From Euryarchaeota archaeon UBA126 (lineage in GTDB: Archaea; Thermoplasmatota; Poseidoniia; Poseidoniales; Thalassarchaeaceae): 42,295 nt of DNA. The notes under the pieces were generated by a model. The model was not told the DNA's origin. It ran no database searches and saw only the letters and a list, made by a program, of their open reading frames with translations. The stretch covers positions 55,443 to 97,737 of the forward strand of contig DAMG01000079.1 in assembly GCA_002497025.1 (NCBI GenBank), given 5' to 3'. A program made the translations under genes and the position numbers. How positions within the stretch are numbered: position 1 is the stretch's first letter; each line of letters begins with the position of its first letter. This document shows, piece after piece, positions 15,936 through 25,297 of the stretch.

Positions 15936-18089
15936 CCAGTCAATCGCTCGATTAGGCACGGCCGCCAATGGTTCACCATTTACCAATCCGGAAAGATGGA
16001 AGCCAATATTCGAGGGCTCTCCTGAGATGCTTAATCTTAGGAATGTACTAGTCAGAGGTGACAAAGTATCCAAGAATATTTCATCACCATTGAAGAGATG
16101 TTTAGGCGATACCTCTGCGATACTTACGCTCGCACCCTCTGGTGCATATACTCGCATTGCAGCCAACTCCCAAGGCGATTCGGCGATGCGAATACCAATT
16201 AGCATGGTGTTTTTTCCTTCATTTATTCTCCAAGCACAAATTTCTACTTTTTCTGTATTGTGTCTAAGTAGAGGTCCCCCCCAGTCTTCAACTACAGCCT
16301 GCCAGGGACTATCTCCTAGTTGGTGAAGAGCAGAATCGATTACTTGTTCGTTGGTATCTTCTTCTGCAAGTAGGGCAGTCAAACGTTCACGTAATCGTCT
16401 TAATCTACGTAATTCATGTTGTTCGATTTCAATTTGGTTGATACCATCTCGCCAACGATTTCGATTCCAAAAAATAACCAGTACAGCCGGCGCGAGCAGG
16501 AAAATTCCTGCAAAGATGTAGTAATCAGTAAACAGGTTCGACTGATCGGTGAATAGTCCAGGGTCAATTTCGACAATTTCTCCATCATCAATGAGTTTGA
16601 AATCATAATAGGTCAAACTAGCATCACCGATTTTCTCAACCCTAATTGCGTGAATACCATAAGGTGCATCGATTAATCCACCATCAGAGGCATTTTCGAT
16701 TGACCAGGTTTCTTGATTTAGCACAAATATCTGGTAAGTTACCGGCTGGGTAAGGTCGGCATCGATATGTAATTTAGAACCATTAGCAGAGGTCACCTCA
16801 AAGGCAAAAACATCTACAAATTCATCCCCAGACATTCTGGCTTCGATTGTTTGATTGAAAGAAACGTTAGGCCAATTTGAGAAATCATCAGTAATCACCC
16901 ATAGCCTGTCGGGTGCATCTCCCATTGCCCCAGCATCCCCTTTTGGATACTCTGTTAATGCGATATTCCACTCTGCAAGAGTTTCAGAAGTCATACGAAA
17001 CTCAAGAGCTACCGTGTCAACATTTGTAGTAATTGCATTTGTGCAACCACCATCTACATCAGATACAGTTCCATCTGAAGAAATCAGGAAAACTTCGAAA
17101 TTTACTTTTTCGGACCTATCCCAACAATTTACTGACAGCCCCATTCTACTAGCAGATTCCACACGAATGGTATCACCTTCTGTGTCACTGAATGAAACCC
17201 AGCCCCTAAGGGTCTGGGTCTCACTTGGAAATTGAATTGGTTCACGCTCTCCCCAATCAGCAGCCAATTCCCCCCAGGAAGACTCCAAATCAGGGGAATG
17301 CCGTAGGATGTAAAATCCGTAAGCTGCGAATCCATTTTCTGGCAATTGTTTGATTCTTAGCCAAAGACGTCCGTCTTCTGGGTAGTCGAACCGGAACTGA
17401 CCATCTTCATCGGGTTCAAACGCTTCCAACAATGTCTTTGTTGAATCGTTTCTAAGCCAAAATTCGATTTCAACAGATTCAGGCATTACGGGCACTGGCA
17501 TTTCGATGATATCACCTGCATCACCAAGGATTTCGATTGAATCTTTATCAGACCCGTCGATAAGAGACCCAATCACCCAATGGACTCCATTAGGGTGAAT
17601 ATTATGACAGGTATCTATGGGGCAATCCCAGGTTGGGTCTACAGGTTCTTGATCAACGGTAATACCCGGGCTGGGGATATTATCCAGCCAATCATCACCC
17701 TCAATAATCATCGATGAAAAATTTGCATTTATCCATTGACTCATCTCAAACAATAAATCCTCCATTGAGTTTTCACTATTGGCAATAACTAGAATATCGA
17801 CCTGTCCTGAAGCTACGAAGGAAATCTCTATTCGATTTGAGTCCGAGACGGTGTAATTTTCATCCAAAGTCGTCACTTTGAGCTCTAATCCTGGGCATGA
17901 TGACTTTAGGCACCAGATCTTTATGAATATTGGAATAGGTTGGTCAAAGTCGCTTGAATTTTCGATTAGTGTAACCGTATTTTCACTATCCTGAGCGGTT
18001 GCATGAGAAACGCCTCCAACAAGGAATATGAAAAGTACGAAAATGGCATTTGCGGTCCGACTCACGGCCCTCCGGGCCGGCTTCCCCAT
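15930..18089 (-). CDS. Hypothetical single-pass membrane protein: signal peptide, repeated PPC-like extracellular modules, TM helix, cytoplasmic domain
   Basis: Signal peptide ending ATA/Q; repeated G..x..D..D-hydrophobic modules (GSLIDGSDKDSIEI, GWVSFSDTEGDTIRV, ARMSGDEFVDVFAF); TM YYIFAGIFLLAPAVLVIFW; ~175-aa tail. Confidence 0.7.
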   Translation of the reverse strand: MGKPARRAVSRTANAIFVLFIFLVGGVSHATAQDSENTVTLIENSSDFDQPIPIFIKIWCLKSSCPGLELKVTTLDENYTVSDSNRIEISFVASGQVDILVIANSENSMEDLLFEMSQWINANFSSMIIEGDDWLDNIPSPGITVDQEPVDPTWDCPIDTCHNIHPNGVHWVIGSLIDGSDKDSIEILGDAGDIIEMPVPVMPESVEIEFWLRNDSTKTLLEAFEPDEDGQFRFDYPEDGRLWLRIKQLPENGFAAYGFYILRHSPDLESSWGELAADWGEREPIQFPSETQTLRGWVSFSDTEGDTIRVESASRMGLSVNCWDRSEKVNFEVFLISSDGTVSDVDGGCTNAITTNVDTVALEFRMTSETLAEWNIALTEYPKGDAGAMGDAPDRLWVITDDFSNWPNVSFNQTIEARMSGDEFVDVFAFEVTSANGSKLHIDADLTQPVTYQIFVLNQETWSIENASDGGLIDAPYGIHAIRVEKIGDASLTYYDFKLIDDGEIVEIDPGLFTDQSNLFTDYYIFAGIFLLAPAVLVIFWNRNRWRDGINQIEIEQHELRRLRRLRERLTALLAEEDTNEQVIDSALHQLGDSPWQAVVEDWGGPLLRHNTEKVEICAWRINEGKNTMLIGIRIAESPWELAAMRVYAPEGASVSIAEVSPKHLFNGDEIFLDTLSPLTSTFLRLSISGEPSNIGFHLSGLVNGEPLAAVPNRAIDWS

Positions 18090-18097
18090 TAGAATCC

Positions 18098-18103
18098 TTC
18101 AAG
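18098..18103 (+). promoter_or_regulatory. Putative TATA-like box TTCAAG for a leaderless arcS transcript
   Basis: Ends 25 bp before ATG 18128. Similar boxes lie 23-26 bp before other starts without SD (TTTGAA at 20516; TTCAAG at 23449-23444 minus). Confidence 0.4.
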
Positions 18104-18127
18104 CGAACCGCATCGTTAGAGGCTTCG

Positions 18128-19933
18128 ATGACAGAGGGTGCTGATGAGCGACCGCTGGCGCGCAGCGTTGCTGCAAGAGGGCGGTTTGCACGTATTTTCG
18201 CTCTTGGCGACCGAACTTCACCGTCTTCCTGGACTCCTGGATTGATAGTTTCCGCAAATGATCCTGAAATTTCTCTACGATTTTCTGCATTTAGAATAGA
18301 GAGAGAATCAAGCACAATTCCAGCGAAAATGTCCATGGAAGTGCTTGGTGACTTATGTCTACCATTCGGAAAACCGGAAATTTGGAATGCTGAGGAAGGG
18401 CTTATTTTACCTTCTAGTTTAGTAGAATCCGATAGTGGTCAAAAATCGATTGGGAGTCAGTTATTACCTGTCTCTTGGCAATCCCTGAATCATGATGAGA
18501 AATTATTGGAAGATTCGCTAGAACCATCCATCGTCGCCCTCATCGATGCACCTCAACTTGCAGAGCGCCCAGGTAAATTGGTTGAAGCACTAGATGCAAT
18601 TAGGAGGCGATTCCCTACATCACTCATCTGGACTCCTGGAATAGGCGGCCCTGACAATTGTGCTTTACTCTCATGGATGGGTGTCGATTTATTTGATTTC
18701 TCGAGGTCTCAGGAAGCAGTTGCAAGAGGGGTGATACTAACCGAAGACGGACCACGTGAACCCGAGTTGACAGCGGGTGAAGTATCTGATTTACAAACTC
18801 AACTTGAGGCATGGGAAAGAGCCCTTGGAGCCACACGTTCAGCCATCAGAGAAGGCACTATTCGCCAGCTTGCAGAACGACAAGCACTGTCTAGTCCCAG
18901 GTCCGTTGAGAGGCTTCGAAGACACGATTCAATTATGGCTGAGAAGGCAAGTATCGAAGCGGGTTCCGCTGCACTAGAGAGTGTGGTTAAAGAAGGGACT
19001 AGACTACTTTGCCATTCTTATTCAAGTAGAGAAGATCCACTAATCCAAAACTGGAGGCGACGAGTATCACAATTACATACTCCTCCAAATCATCAAAGCA
19101 AGGTAATGGTCTTGTTACCTTGTTCGGCTAAGAAACCATATCGCCTTTCTCAATCACATCGCAGATTCCAAAGAGCGATCCCAACAAGGGGGGTGAATCA
19201 AGTCATGGTAACTGCACCATTAGGTTTGGTCCCAAGAGAATTAGAAGATTTCTGGCCAGCTGCTCATTATGATATTCCAGTTACGGGAGATTGGGATATC
19301 GATGAATTGCAGGTCATCCGTGAAATGGTTCGTTCATATGCAACTAGGAATGAATTTGAATTGGTTATTAACCATTCAGGGATAGATATAGAAATTCCTA
19401 AAGTTCATGTTATCGACACACGACAGGGTGATTCTGCCGGCTCGCAGAATTCACTAAATAAACTCCAAGAAGCCATAGAAGACGCCAGCAAAGAATATCG
19501 CTTGCAAAACCCTAAGGAAAGTATTCACCGGCTTGAGAAACTAAAGTCAGCCTCCCGTTTCCAACACGGCACTGATGATTGGTTGGAAGGGACAAAAGTT
19601 AGTGGTAGACCGCCAATATTCCGTATTGAAATGGAAAGAACACAAATTGCATTATGGAATCCTCGCTCAGGCCGATTCTCTTTCTCAAAGGCGGCATTAC
19701 CAATATTAGATGCCTGCAATGCTTTGCCAAGAGTTGAATTGATTTCTAATTTTGATTGGCGCGGAGATATATTCTCCACTAATGTATCGAAGGCGGACCG
19801 AAATATTCGTACTGGAGACGAGATTCTAGTCTTCCAAGATGGCACATTGGTAGGTAGCGCGAGGGCTGAGGCGTCGGAATGGGAATGGCCTAATGGGCCG
19901 GGTAGACTGGCCAAGGCCAAACATCGTCTTTGA
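18128..19933 (+). CDS. arcS: Archaeosine synthase alpha subunit (ArcS/TgtA2) with C-terminal PUA domain
   Basis: Degenerate TGT-like N-terminus (LLSWMGVDLFD), LLPCSAKKPYRLSQSHRRF, VTAPLGLVPRELE, PAAHYDIPVTGDW, PUA domain (ADRNIRTGDEILV). Start set to ATG 18128 to avoid overlapping the divergent gene. Confidence 0.88.
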   Translation: MTEGADERPLARSVAARGRFARIFALGDRTSPSSWTPGLIVSANDPEISLRFSAFRIERESSTIPAKMSMEVLGDLCLPFGKPEIWNAEEGLILPSSLVESDSGQKSIGSQLLPVSWQSLNHDEKLLEDSLEPSIVALIDAPQLAERPGKLVEALDAIRRRFPTSLIWTPGIGGPDNCALLSWMGVDLFDFSRSQEAVARGVILTEDGPREPELTAGEVSDLQTQLEAWERALGATRSAIREGTIRQLAERQALSSPRSVERLRRHDSIMAEKASIEAGSAALESVVKEGTRLLCHSYSSREDPLIQNWRRRVSQLHTPPNHQSKVMVLLPCSAKKPYRLSQSHRRFQRAIPTRGVNQVMVTAPLGLVPRELEDFWPAAHYDIPVTGDWDIDELQVIREMVRSYATRNEFELVINHSGIDIEIPKVHVIDTRQGDSAGSQNSLNKLQEAIEDASKEYRLQNPKESIHRLEKLKSASRFQHGTDDWLEGTKVSGRPPIFRIEMERTQIALWNPRSGRFSFSKAALPILDACNALPRVELISNFDWRGDIFSTNVSKADRNIRTGDEILVFQDGTLVGSARAEASEWEWPNGPGRLAKAKHRL

Positions 19934-20008
19934 CTAAACACCCTCTGGGTGACATGCGTAGCGATTAAAGAGGAGCAGCAGGTCGGCGAGCCGCTTGAGG
20001 TGACCTAA

Positions 20009-20464
20009 GTGGCAAGAATGCACAGTAAAGGCAAAGGAAAGAGCGGCTCGGACAAGCCGAATGTTTCCGATGCTCCAAAGTGGTCCGAATCAGATAAAAA
20101 GACCGTTGAGGAACTTATCTTGAAGCTATCTGAAGAGGGTCACCCTACCGCAATGATTGGCACCATACTTCGTGACCAACATGCTGTTCCAGATGTCAGA
20201 TTGGTTACTGGTGAGAGAATATCTGAAACTCTACTACGAAATGGAGTAGGAGGAAAGTATCCGGAAGATATGATGAATCTGATGCGACAAGCATTGAGAA
20301 TGATAGATCATCTAAACACTAATCACAAGGATCTTCACAATCGTCGACAATTAGAGTTAACAGAGTCTAGAATTCGTCGTTTGGCTAAGTATTACAGAGG
20401 CACAGGAAAACTTGATTCTGATTGGGCATACAAGAGAGATCAACTCCGACTAATGGTCGAATGA
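20009..20464 (+). CDS. rps15: 30S ribosomal protein S15 (uS15, archaeal S15P/S13e)
   Basis: MARMHSKGKGKSGS, IGTILRDQH, PEDMMNL, KDLHNRRQLELTESRIRRLAKYY; SD GAGGTGA. Confidence 0.97.
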   Translation: MARMHSKGKGKSGSDKPNVSDAPKWSESDKKTVEELILKLSEEGHPTAMIGTILRDQHAVPDVRLVTGERISETLLRNGVGGKYPEDMMNLMRQALRMIDHLNTNHKDLHNRRQLELTESRIRRLAKYYRGTGKLDSDWAYKRDQLRLMVE

Positions 20465-20544
20465 GTTTTAAAAGGCATTTTTCGTAGTAATTGCATAATT
20501 GCAAAGCGATGGAGATTTGAACCCCCCCTTTCCATCTACGTACA

Positions 20545-21414
20545 ATGCGGCAGCTGCTTGAGTCAGAACCATTTTCCTCAGTGGCTCCCTGCCTGACCCG
20601 GGCAGTCTCCGGTTTCCAAGTACATGATGGTCCGGTTATGTTACTGGCCGCTCCATCTCTTATTGGCGCCCTTTCTATTGCTCCAATTGAAGCAGCCTTT
20701 CTCGACCTTGGCTTACCCTATCGTCGGCGATTTAAATTGGAGTCACCTTCAGACGGTTCTTGGATTCACATTTTGGGGCCGGCCCAAGATACTGGTCCGG
20801 AGTATAACTCAGAACCTCCTCGTCTAAGTCTTGGTTTAGCACTTGTAGATGGATTAGTGTCCTCGTCAGGTGACACCAGAAGAGGACCATTGACTACGGT
20901 TGCACAGGCTCATGCAATCGCTCAGTCATTAGCTCCTGATGGTCTCCGTGTTCGGAGTTTACGTCCGTGGCTGATTTCTGGTAATTGGTTACATTCAGCG
21001 CTTGATACGACCTATGATCCAGTTTTCACTGCCCTTAGGGACATGTTGGTCGAAGAAGGTAGTGTAAGAATCGCCACAATTCCTGAGGTCCCTTCAATTG
21101 AATTATCGAATACTCCTTGGATAGAAGAATTAGCTCTGGAGGCTGTATCTTCCAAGTGGTCTGATTTAGATATGGAAGGTAAAGCTAGAGCCCTTTCACA
21201 TCTAATGCGACCTGCCATTTCTCGCTCTACACCATCTACTGCTAGGATGGAAGAACTAGGCTGGCATAGAGTAGTCGGTCCAAATTGGGATAGTGATTTG
21301 GCCTCGGAAATTCTCAGAGCTGCTAGACTTTGGAAACAAGGCTCTGCCAATCTAGCAGCGCATTCATTTGTTGATTCATTATTGTCAACAGGAAGGTCGC
21401 CTGAATTAGAATAA
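20545..21414 (+). CDS. Degenerate, probably inactive DHH/RecJ-like protein
   Basis: Lies directly after rps15, where archaeal RecJ-like genes are commonly found. VMLLAAPSLIGALSIAPIEAAFLDLGLPYRRRF echoes DHH motif I with its following helix/strand, but DxDG and DHH are absent. Confidence 0.5.
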   Translation: MRQLLESEPFSSVAPCLTRAVSGFQVHDGPVMLLAAPSLIGALSIAPIEAAFLDLGLPYRRRFKLESPSDGSWIHILGPAQDTGPEYNSEPPRLSLGLALVDGLVSSSGDTRRGPLTTVAQAHAIAQSLAPDGLRVRSLRPWLISGNWLHSALDTTYDPVFTALRDMLVEEGSVRIATIPEVPSIELSNTPWIEELALEAVSSKWSDLDMEGKARALSHLMRPAISRSTPSTARMEELGWHRVVGPNWDSDLASEILRAARLWKQGSANLAAHSFVDSLLSTGRSPELE

Positions 21415-23418
21415 TCATTCAAGCCTTAGTGTGGATTTACAGCCGATACATTCCAATCTAAGTGGTCTAACTTCAGACTCTACTGGATTAGATTCCCCAC
21501 AATTTGGACAATTAACGTGAGCACTGGGTCGTTGCCCTCTTCCGCGTCTCTCAGTAAAGTCCGACCGGGGAGATACTAGGGCGACAGGGAAAATCAGTAA
21601 CATACTCGAAGAAACAACACCAAGGACAAATGGCATATCAAGACCTAATACATACAATGCCAACGAAAGCCCACCAAGGATAACTACTGTTAGCATTGTA
21701 GGTGCTCTGGCCCGTTTCCTTGTCATTGCCATTCCTAAGCCTAGTGCTAAAACTAGCATGAATACAGAAACCATTGCCGAGACCAATGGTGAGTACAGTG
21801 CACCACCGGTTGGTACAAACTCAACTCTGAATGTTTCCTCGGTGTCTAGGTCGCTTTCCTCTATTGTAACCTTCTCGAATATTATCCATCTTCGATGCTT
21901 TGCATCAATATCTTCTGCCGCAACACCTCCAAGACCCTGTAGAGCAGAGGAGCGAATTTCTACTCTCAACTCAACCTTAGTGTACAAATCATCATCACTT
22001 GGTCGGATGAATGATTCAATCAATTGCTGTCTTTCTCCAGGGTTGACATTGTGAGATGTATCAATTCGAATAGTCACACTCTCGGCACTGAATGCCCTAG
22101 TGTGGCCCAAATCAATAGTTATCTCCGTAGGTCCAAGATTGACAGGATTAATCCCCAGAATAGATTCAGCGTCCAGATACAATCCATTGGCAAGGAATGA
22201 TCTCATATCTGACGCAGATCCAACTAGATGACTGTTTAAGGCAGCAATTTCTGAATCATCTACCTGTCCATTGTTGTATTCGGAGTTAGTGACACTATCG
22301 GAGTAGGTTCTTAGATTACGCCACCAACTATTCGATGAAAGACTATTGTTTCCAATGTTATCTAGACCCCATCTCACCCACTGAGACATAGCACCATCAA
22401 ATTCGATTGTTACTTCTCTTTGGACTGATTCTCCATCAAATTTAGCGCTTACATCAACAAGTAAATTCGTTCCACCAGTCCTCAACGGCTCAACCGCAGG
22501 ATACCAGCCCCCTGCATTTGATCCTCCATCACCTGCAACAATATCGTATGTCCGATTAGCCTCAATTCTAAGGGAAGTTTGTGGTTCGAGGTGGAATGAG
22601 ACCATGTATGTTCCAGAATCTGCAGATTCAGGAATTTCCCAGGCGAAAGTGACCTCGACTCCATTATTTGTTGGAGTTGCAATTGGGCTATCTGCAATTG
22701 TACTGCTAGCTACTATCATGCCTCCGCTTGAGGCCGACCACATTCTATCTCCAAATCCAGACTTGAGAAGGATAGGGAAGTATACCAATCTATCATTAAC
22801 ACTTGGTTCTTTCATATCTATACTAACTAAGGGGAATTTCATCGAAATTCTTCCAGGGAAGTCATCTGTGCCCCAAATAAAACGAATTCCTGCTTCATCA
22901 CCTGGGCTGGAGAACGATAAACTTCTGACTGAAAAAGTCAGTTTTATTTTATCACCAGAGCGAACTTCACCAGCAAGAACTTCCACGGGGATTACAACTT
23001 CTCCCACATTTGTAAGGAATAATCCTGCACCAGCGTCTCCCTCAAAGTAGGTGCTTCCAATATTGACTCCAATTGTTGCATTTATTTGGATTCCTGCCGC
23101 CGATTCAACCTCATATGGGATGCGGAATTCCCAGGTGGAATCTGAGTAATCTCCCTGTAATCCCCAATCTACTTCCCAAGTACCAATTTCTACCAACCCT
23201 TGGATAGAAGGTGTTACAAATTGATCAAATTCCTCATCAAGATCCGAATCAAATGGAGAAAGTGAGCCGTCGTCAGCACTACCAATCAAAAATAAGTCGA
23301 ATTCTTGCGAACTACAGCAAGAGCCATCTTGCTCAGCAGTTATCGATGAATAGGGCATACTGACTAGCATCAATAGTGCTACAATTAGCACCACTCCACC
23401 CCTCTGATGACCCTCCAT
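21415..23418 (-). CDS. Hypothetical envelope protein: signal peptide, large extracellular region, three C-terminal TM helices, zinc ribbon
   Basis: N-terminal hydrophobic segment, three TM helices, CPNCG...RPLRLECIGC tail. ATG 23418 preferred (TTCAAG box ends 26 bp upstream); alternative start 23442. Confidence 0.75.
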   Translation of the reverse strand: MEGHQRGGVVLIVALLMLVSMPYSSITAEQDGSCCSSQEFDLFLIGSADDGSLSPFDSDLDEEFDQFVTPSIQGLVEIGTWEVDWGLQGDYSDSTWEFRIPYEVESAAGIQINATIGVNIGSTYFEGDAGAGLFLTNVGEVVIPVEVLAGEVRSGDKIKLTFSVRSLSFSSPGDEAGIRFIWGTDDFPGRISMKFPLVSIDMKEPSVNDRLVYFPILLKSGFGDRMWSASSGGMIVASSTIADSPIATPTNNGVEVTFAWEIPESADSGTYMVSFHLEPQTSLRIEANRTYDIVAGDGGSNAGGWYPAVEPLRTGGTNLLVDVSAKFDGESVQREVTIEFDGAMSQWVRWGLDNIGNNSLSSNSWWRNLRTYSDSVTNSEYNNGQVDDSEIAALNSHLVGSASDMRSFLANGLYLDAESILGINPVNLGPTEITIDLGHTRAFSAESVTIRIDTSHNVNPGERQQLIESFIRPSDDDLYTKVELRVEIRSSALQGLGGVAAEDIDAKHRRWIIFEKVTIEESDLDTEETFRVEFVPTGGALYSPLVSAMVSVFMLVLALGLGMAMTRKRARAPTMLTVVILGGLSLALYVLGLDMPFVLGVVSSSMLLIFPVALVSPRSDFTERRGRGQRPSAHVNCPNCGESNPVESEVRPLRLECIGCKSTLRLE

Positions 23419-23485
23419 ATTACGGGGAGACCCGCTTTCCATCCTTGAATGCGACCCTTATGAGATTCGTTTGTACTCTATTTCT

Positions 23486-23520
23486 TTACCTCGGCGCCAT
23501 AGGCGCCGCACGTACACGAG
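23486..23520 (-). repeat. Copy B of intergenic element CTCGTGTACG + TG + CGGCGCC-TAT-GGCGCCG + AGGTAA
   Basis: Reverse complement matches copy A (4679-4710): identical 10-mer, 7-bp stem with 3-nt loop, two compensatory pair changes. Confidence 0.7.
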
Positions 23521-23534
23521 GGGCAGCATATGTC

Positions 23535-25250
23535 CTAACCATGTAGATAGAGCAAATCTACGGGGCCATTTTCAGGAATCTTCTCAATTCTAGCAAATCC
23601 TACTCTTTCTAATTGGATGATTGAGCCTTCTACTAAATCGATATTCTCAATCAGTCCTTCATCAACTCTAAATCCATTCCCTGACGGCGAAGTTAGACGA
23701 GCCATTCGACTTTGATTTATTGGTAACCAATGGACAATTGGGCGCTTATCACTCCTCTCTAAAGAATCGACAATCGCCTCATTCTGATTAATTGAGATAT
23801 CTGCGAAATCTTTCAAACGCAATTGTTCGGAGTAATCTGTATCCTCAATGACAAATTTCTCTGAAATCTCCCATTCGCGAAGCCCCTCAATTTCACCATG
23901 TGGGTGGCGAGCAATTTGCAGATTTCCAGGTAGTTCGGTTCCAATCATTTGGAATGACAAAGTCCTTGGATTTCTAACAAATGATCTTCTCTCACAAACA
24001 GCATCAATCACAGAGGAATTGAATGATTCAATGGTTTGCATAGATATCGAAATATCTTTCTGAGTTAATCCAAGGTCTAACCAGAAATCACGTATTGCCC
24101 GAGGGTCAAAACCCCGACGTTTCAAAGCGGAAATTGTAGGTAAACGGGAATCATTCCATCCCTCATATTTCCCATCGGCAATATCTGCTCTCATCCCAGA
24201 GGTGGAGAAGCCTCCAAACTCGTGTACCTTTACTCGTCCCCAATAGAGGGGTTCCGGATAGTCCCAACCGAAGTGTTTGTACAATAGAGTCTGTTTTCTT
24301 GTCGAATCCATAAGATCCTTACCTCTAACGATATGAGTCACTCCTTGAAGGTGATCTTCAATTGCACTTTGGAAATCTAGTAGGGGCCAAACCTTGTATG
24401 AGTCTCCAACCATTGGGTGCGGACTGTGTTGTATTCGTAAAGCAGGCCAATCACGAAGTGCAGGGTTGGGTAATTCTAGGTCAGTTTTCACCCTCACAAC
24501 CGCACCTCCTTCCTCTATACTGCCATCATTCATTGCCTGCCAATCAGAGAGATTATGTTTTACAGTTCTGTTTCTACACGAACAAGATTGTGAGTTATCT
24601 CTAAGATTTTTGAATTCTAAAGCACTGCACCGACAAATGTAACCAAATCCAGATTCGAGCATTTGTTTGGCATGTTCAAGATATATCGGCATTCGTTCAC
24701 TAGCCCGAATAACAATGTCAGCAGGTCTACCTGCTAGCCATTCATATTCTTCTTCAATCCATCCATAAGCCTCAGGCAGAGGTGGCTTTACTCTCGTATC
24801 GGTATCGTCGTAACGTAGTACAACTTTACCAGAATACATTTTGGCAAATTCGGAATTGATAACAACTCCTCTCGAGTGCCCAATAGTAAGTGGTCCGTTA
24901 GGATTGGGTGCAAAACGCAAAATCACTTTTCCTTCAATTGAATTTGGTAGCGGTTTAAGTCCAAGTCTTTTCTGTTGTTTTTGTCTTTCCAAAGCCTCAG
25001 GATTTGTTGCAGCTAAAGATTCTCTTACCGCATCAACGCCATTCTCCTTGGCCATTTGATTTGCAGCTTCAACCTCTTTTTCTACCAGAGATTTCAACTC
25101 CTTTGCTCGAGGCCTCAAATCGGCTCTTTCACCTAGTAAGCGACCTAATACAGATCCTGACTGACCAGCTCCGTCGTACTCAACTGTATTTTGCATGGCA
25201 TACTTTCGAACCGTATCAACAGTCTCCGAATCCCAGTTGAAGTCTGCCAT
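23535..25250 (-). CDS. gltX: Glutamyl-tRNA synthetase (archaeal type)
   Basis: LRFAPNPNGPLTIGHSRG (HIGH), LRYDDTD, RDWPALRI, VWPLLDF, THIVRGKDL, FSTS, QLERVGF; start ATG 25250. Confidence 0.96.
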   Translation of the reverse strand: MADFNWDSETVDTVRKYAMQNTVEYDGAGQSGSVLGRLLGERADLRPRAKELKSLVEKEVEAANQMAKENGVDAVRESLAATNPEALERQKQQKRLGLKPLPNSIEGKVILRFAPNPNGPLTIGHSRGVVINSEFAKMYSGKVVLRYDDTDTRVKPPLPEAYGWIEEEYEWLAGRPADIVIRASERMPIYLEHAKQMLESGFGYICRCSALEFKNLRDNSQSCSCRNRTVKHNLSDWQAMNDGSIEEGGAVVRVKTDLELPNPALRDWPALRIQHSPHPMVGDSYKVWPLLDFQSAIEDHLQGVTHIVRGKDLMDSTRKQTLLYKHFGWDYPEPLYWGRVKVHEFGGFSTSGMRADIADGKYEGWNDSRLPTISALKRRGFDPRAIRDFWLDLGLTQKDISISMQTIESFNSSVIDAVCERRSFVRNPRTLSFQMIGTELPGNLQIARHPHGEIEGLREWEISEKFVIEDTDYSEQLRLKDFADISINQNEAIVDSLERSDKRPIVHWLPINQSRMARLTSPSGNGFRVDEGLIENIDLVEGSIIQLERVGFARIEKIPENGPVDLLYLHG

Positions 25251-25254
25251 GCTA

Positions 25255-25271
25255 TCGGGCCTTCGGCCCGA
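25255..25271. promoter_or_regulatory. Perfect GC-rich inverted repeat TCGGGCC-N3-GGCCCGA directly upstream of the gltX start
   Basis: 7-bp arms with 3-nt spacer, 4 nt before the ATG. Confidence 0.35.
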
Positions 25272-25297
25272 ACTAAGGCATTTGACGCTTCTCACCC

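Noticed and set aside
18050..18127. Head-to-head coding overlap between arcS and the 719-aa gene
   Set aside because: Disappears when ATG 18128 is used as the arcS start
20508..20536. Minus-strand GGGGTTCAAATCTCC resembling a tRNA T-arm or att remnant
   Set aside because: No D-arm, anticodon arm or acceptor stem and no integrase nearby; better explained as the promoter region of the 20545 gene
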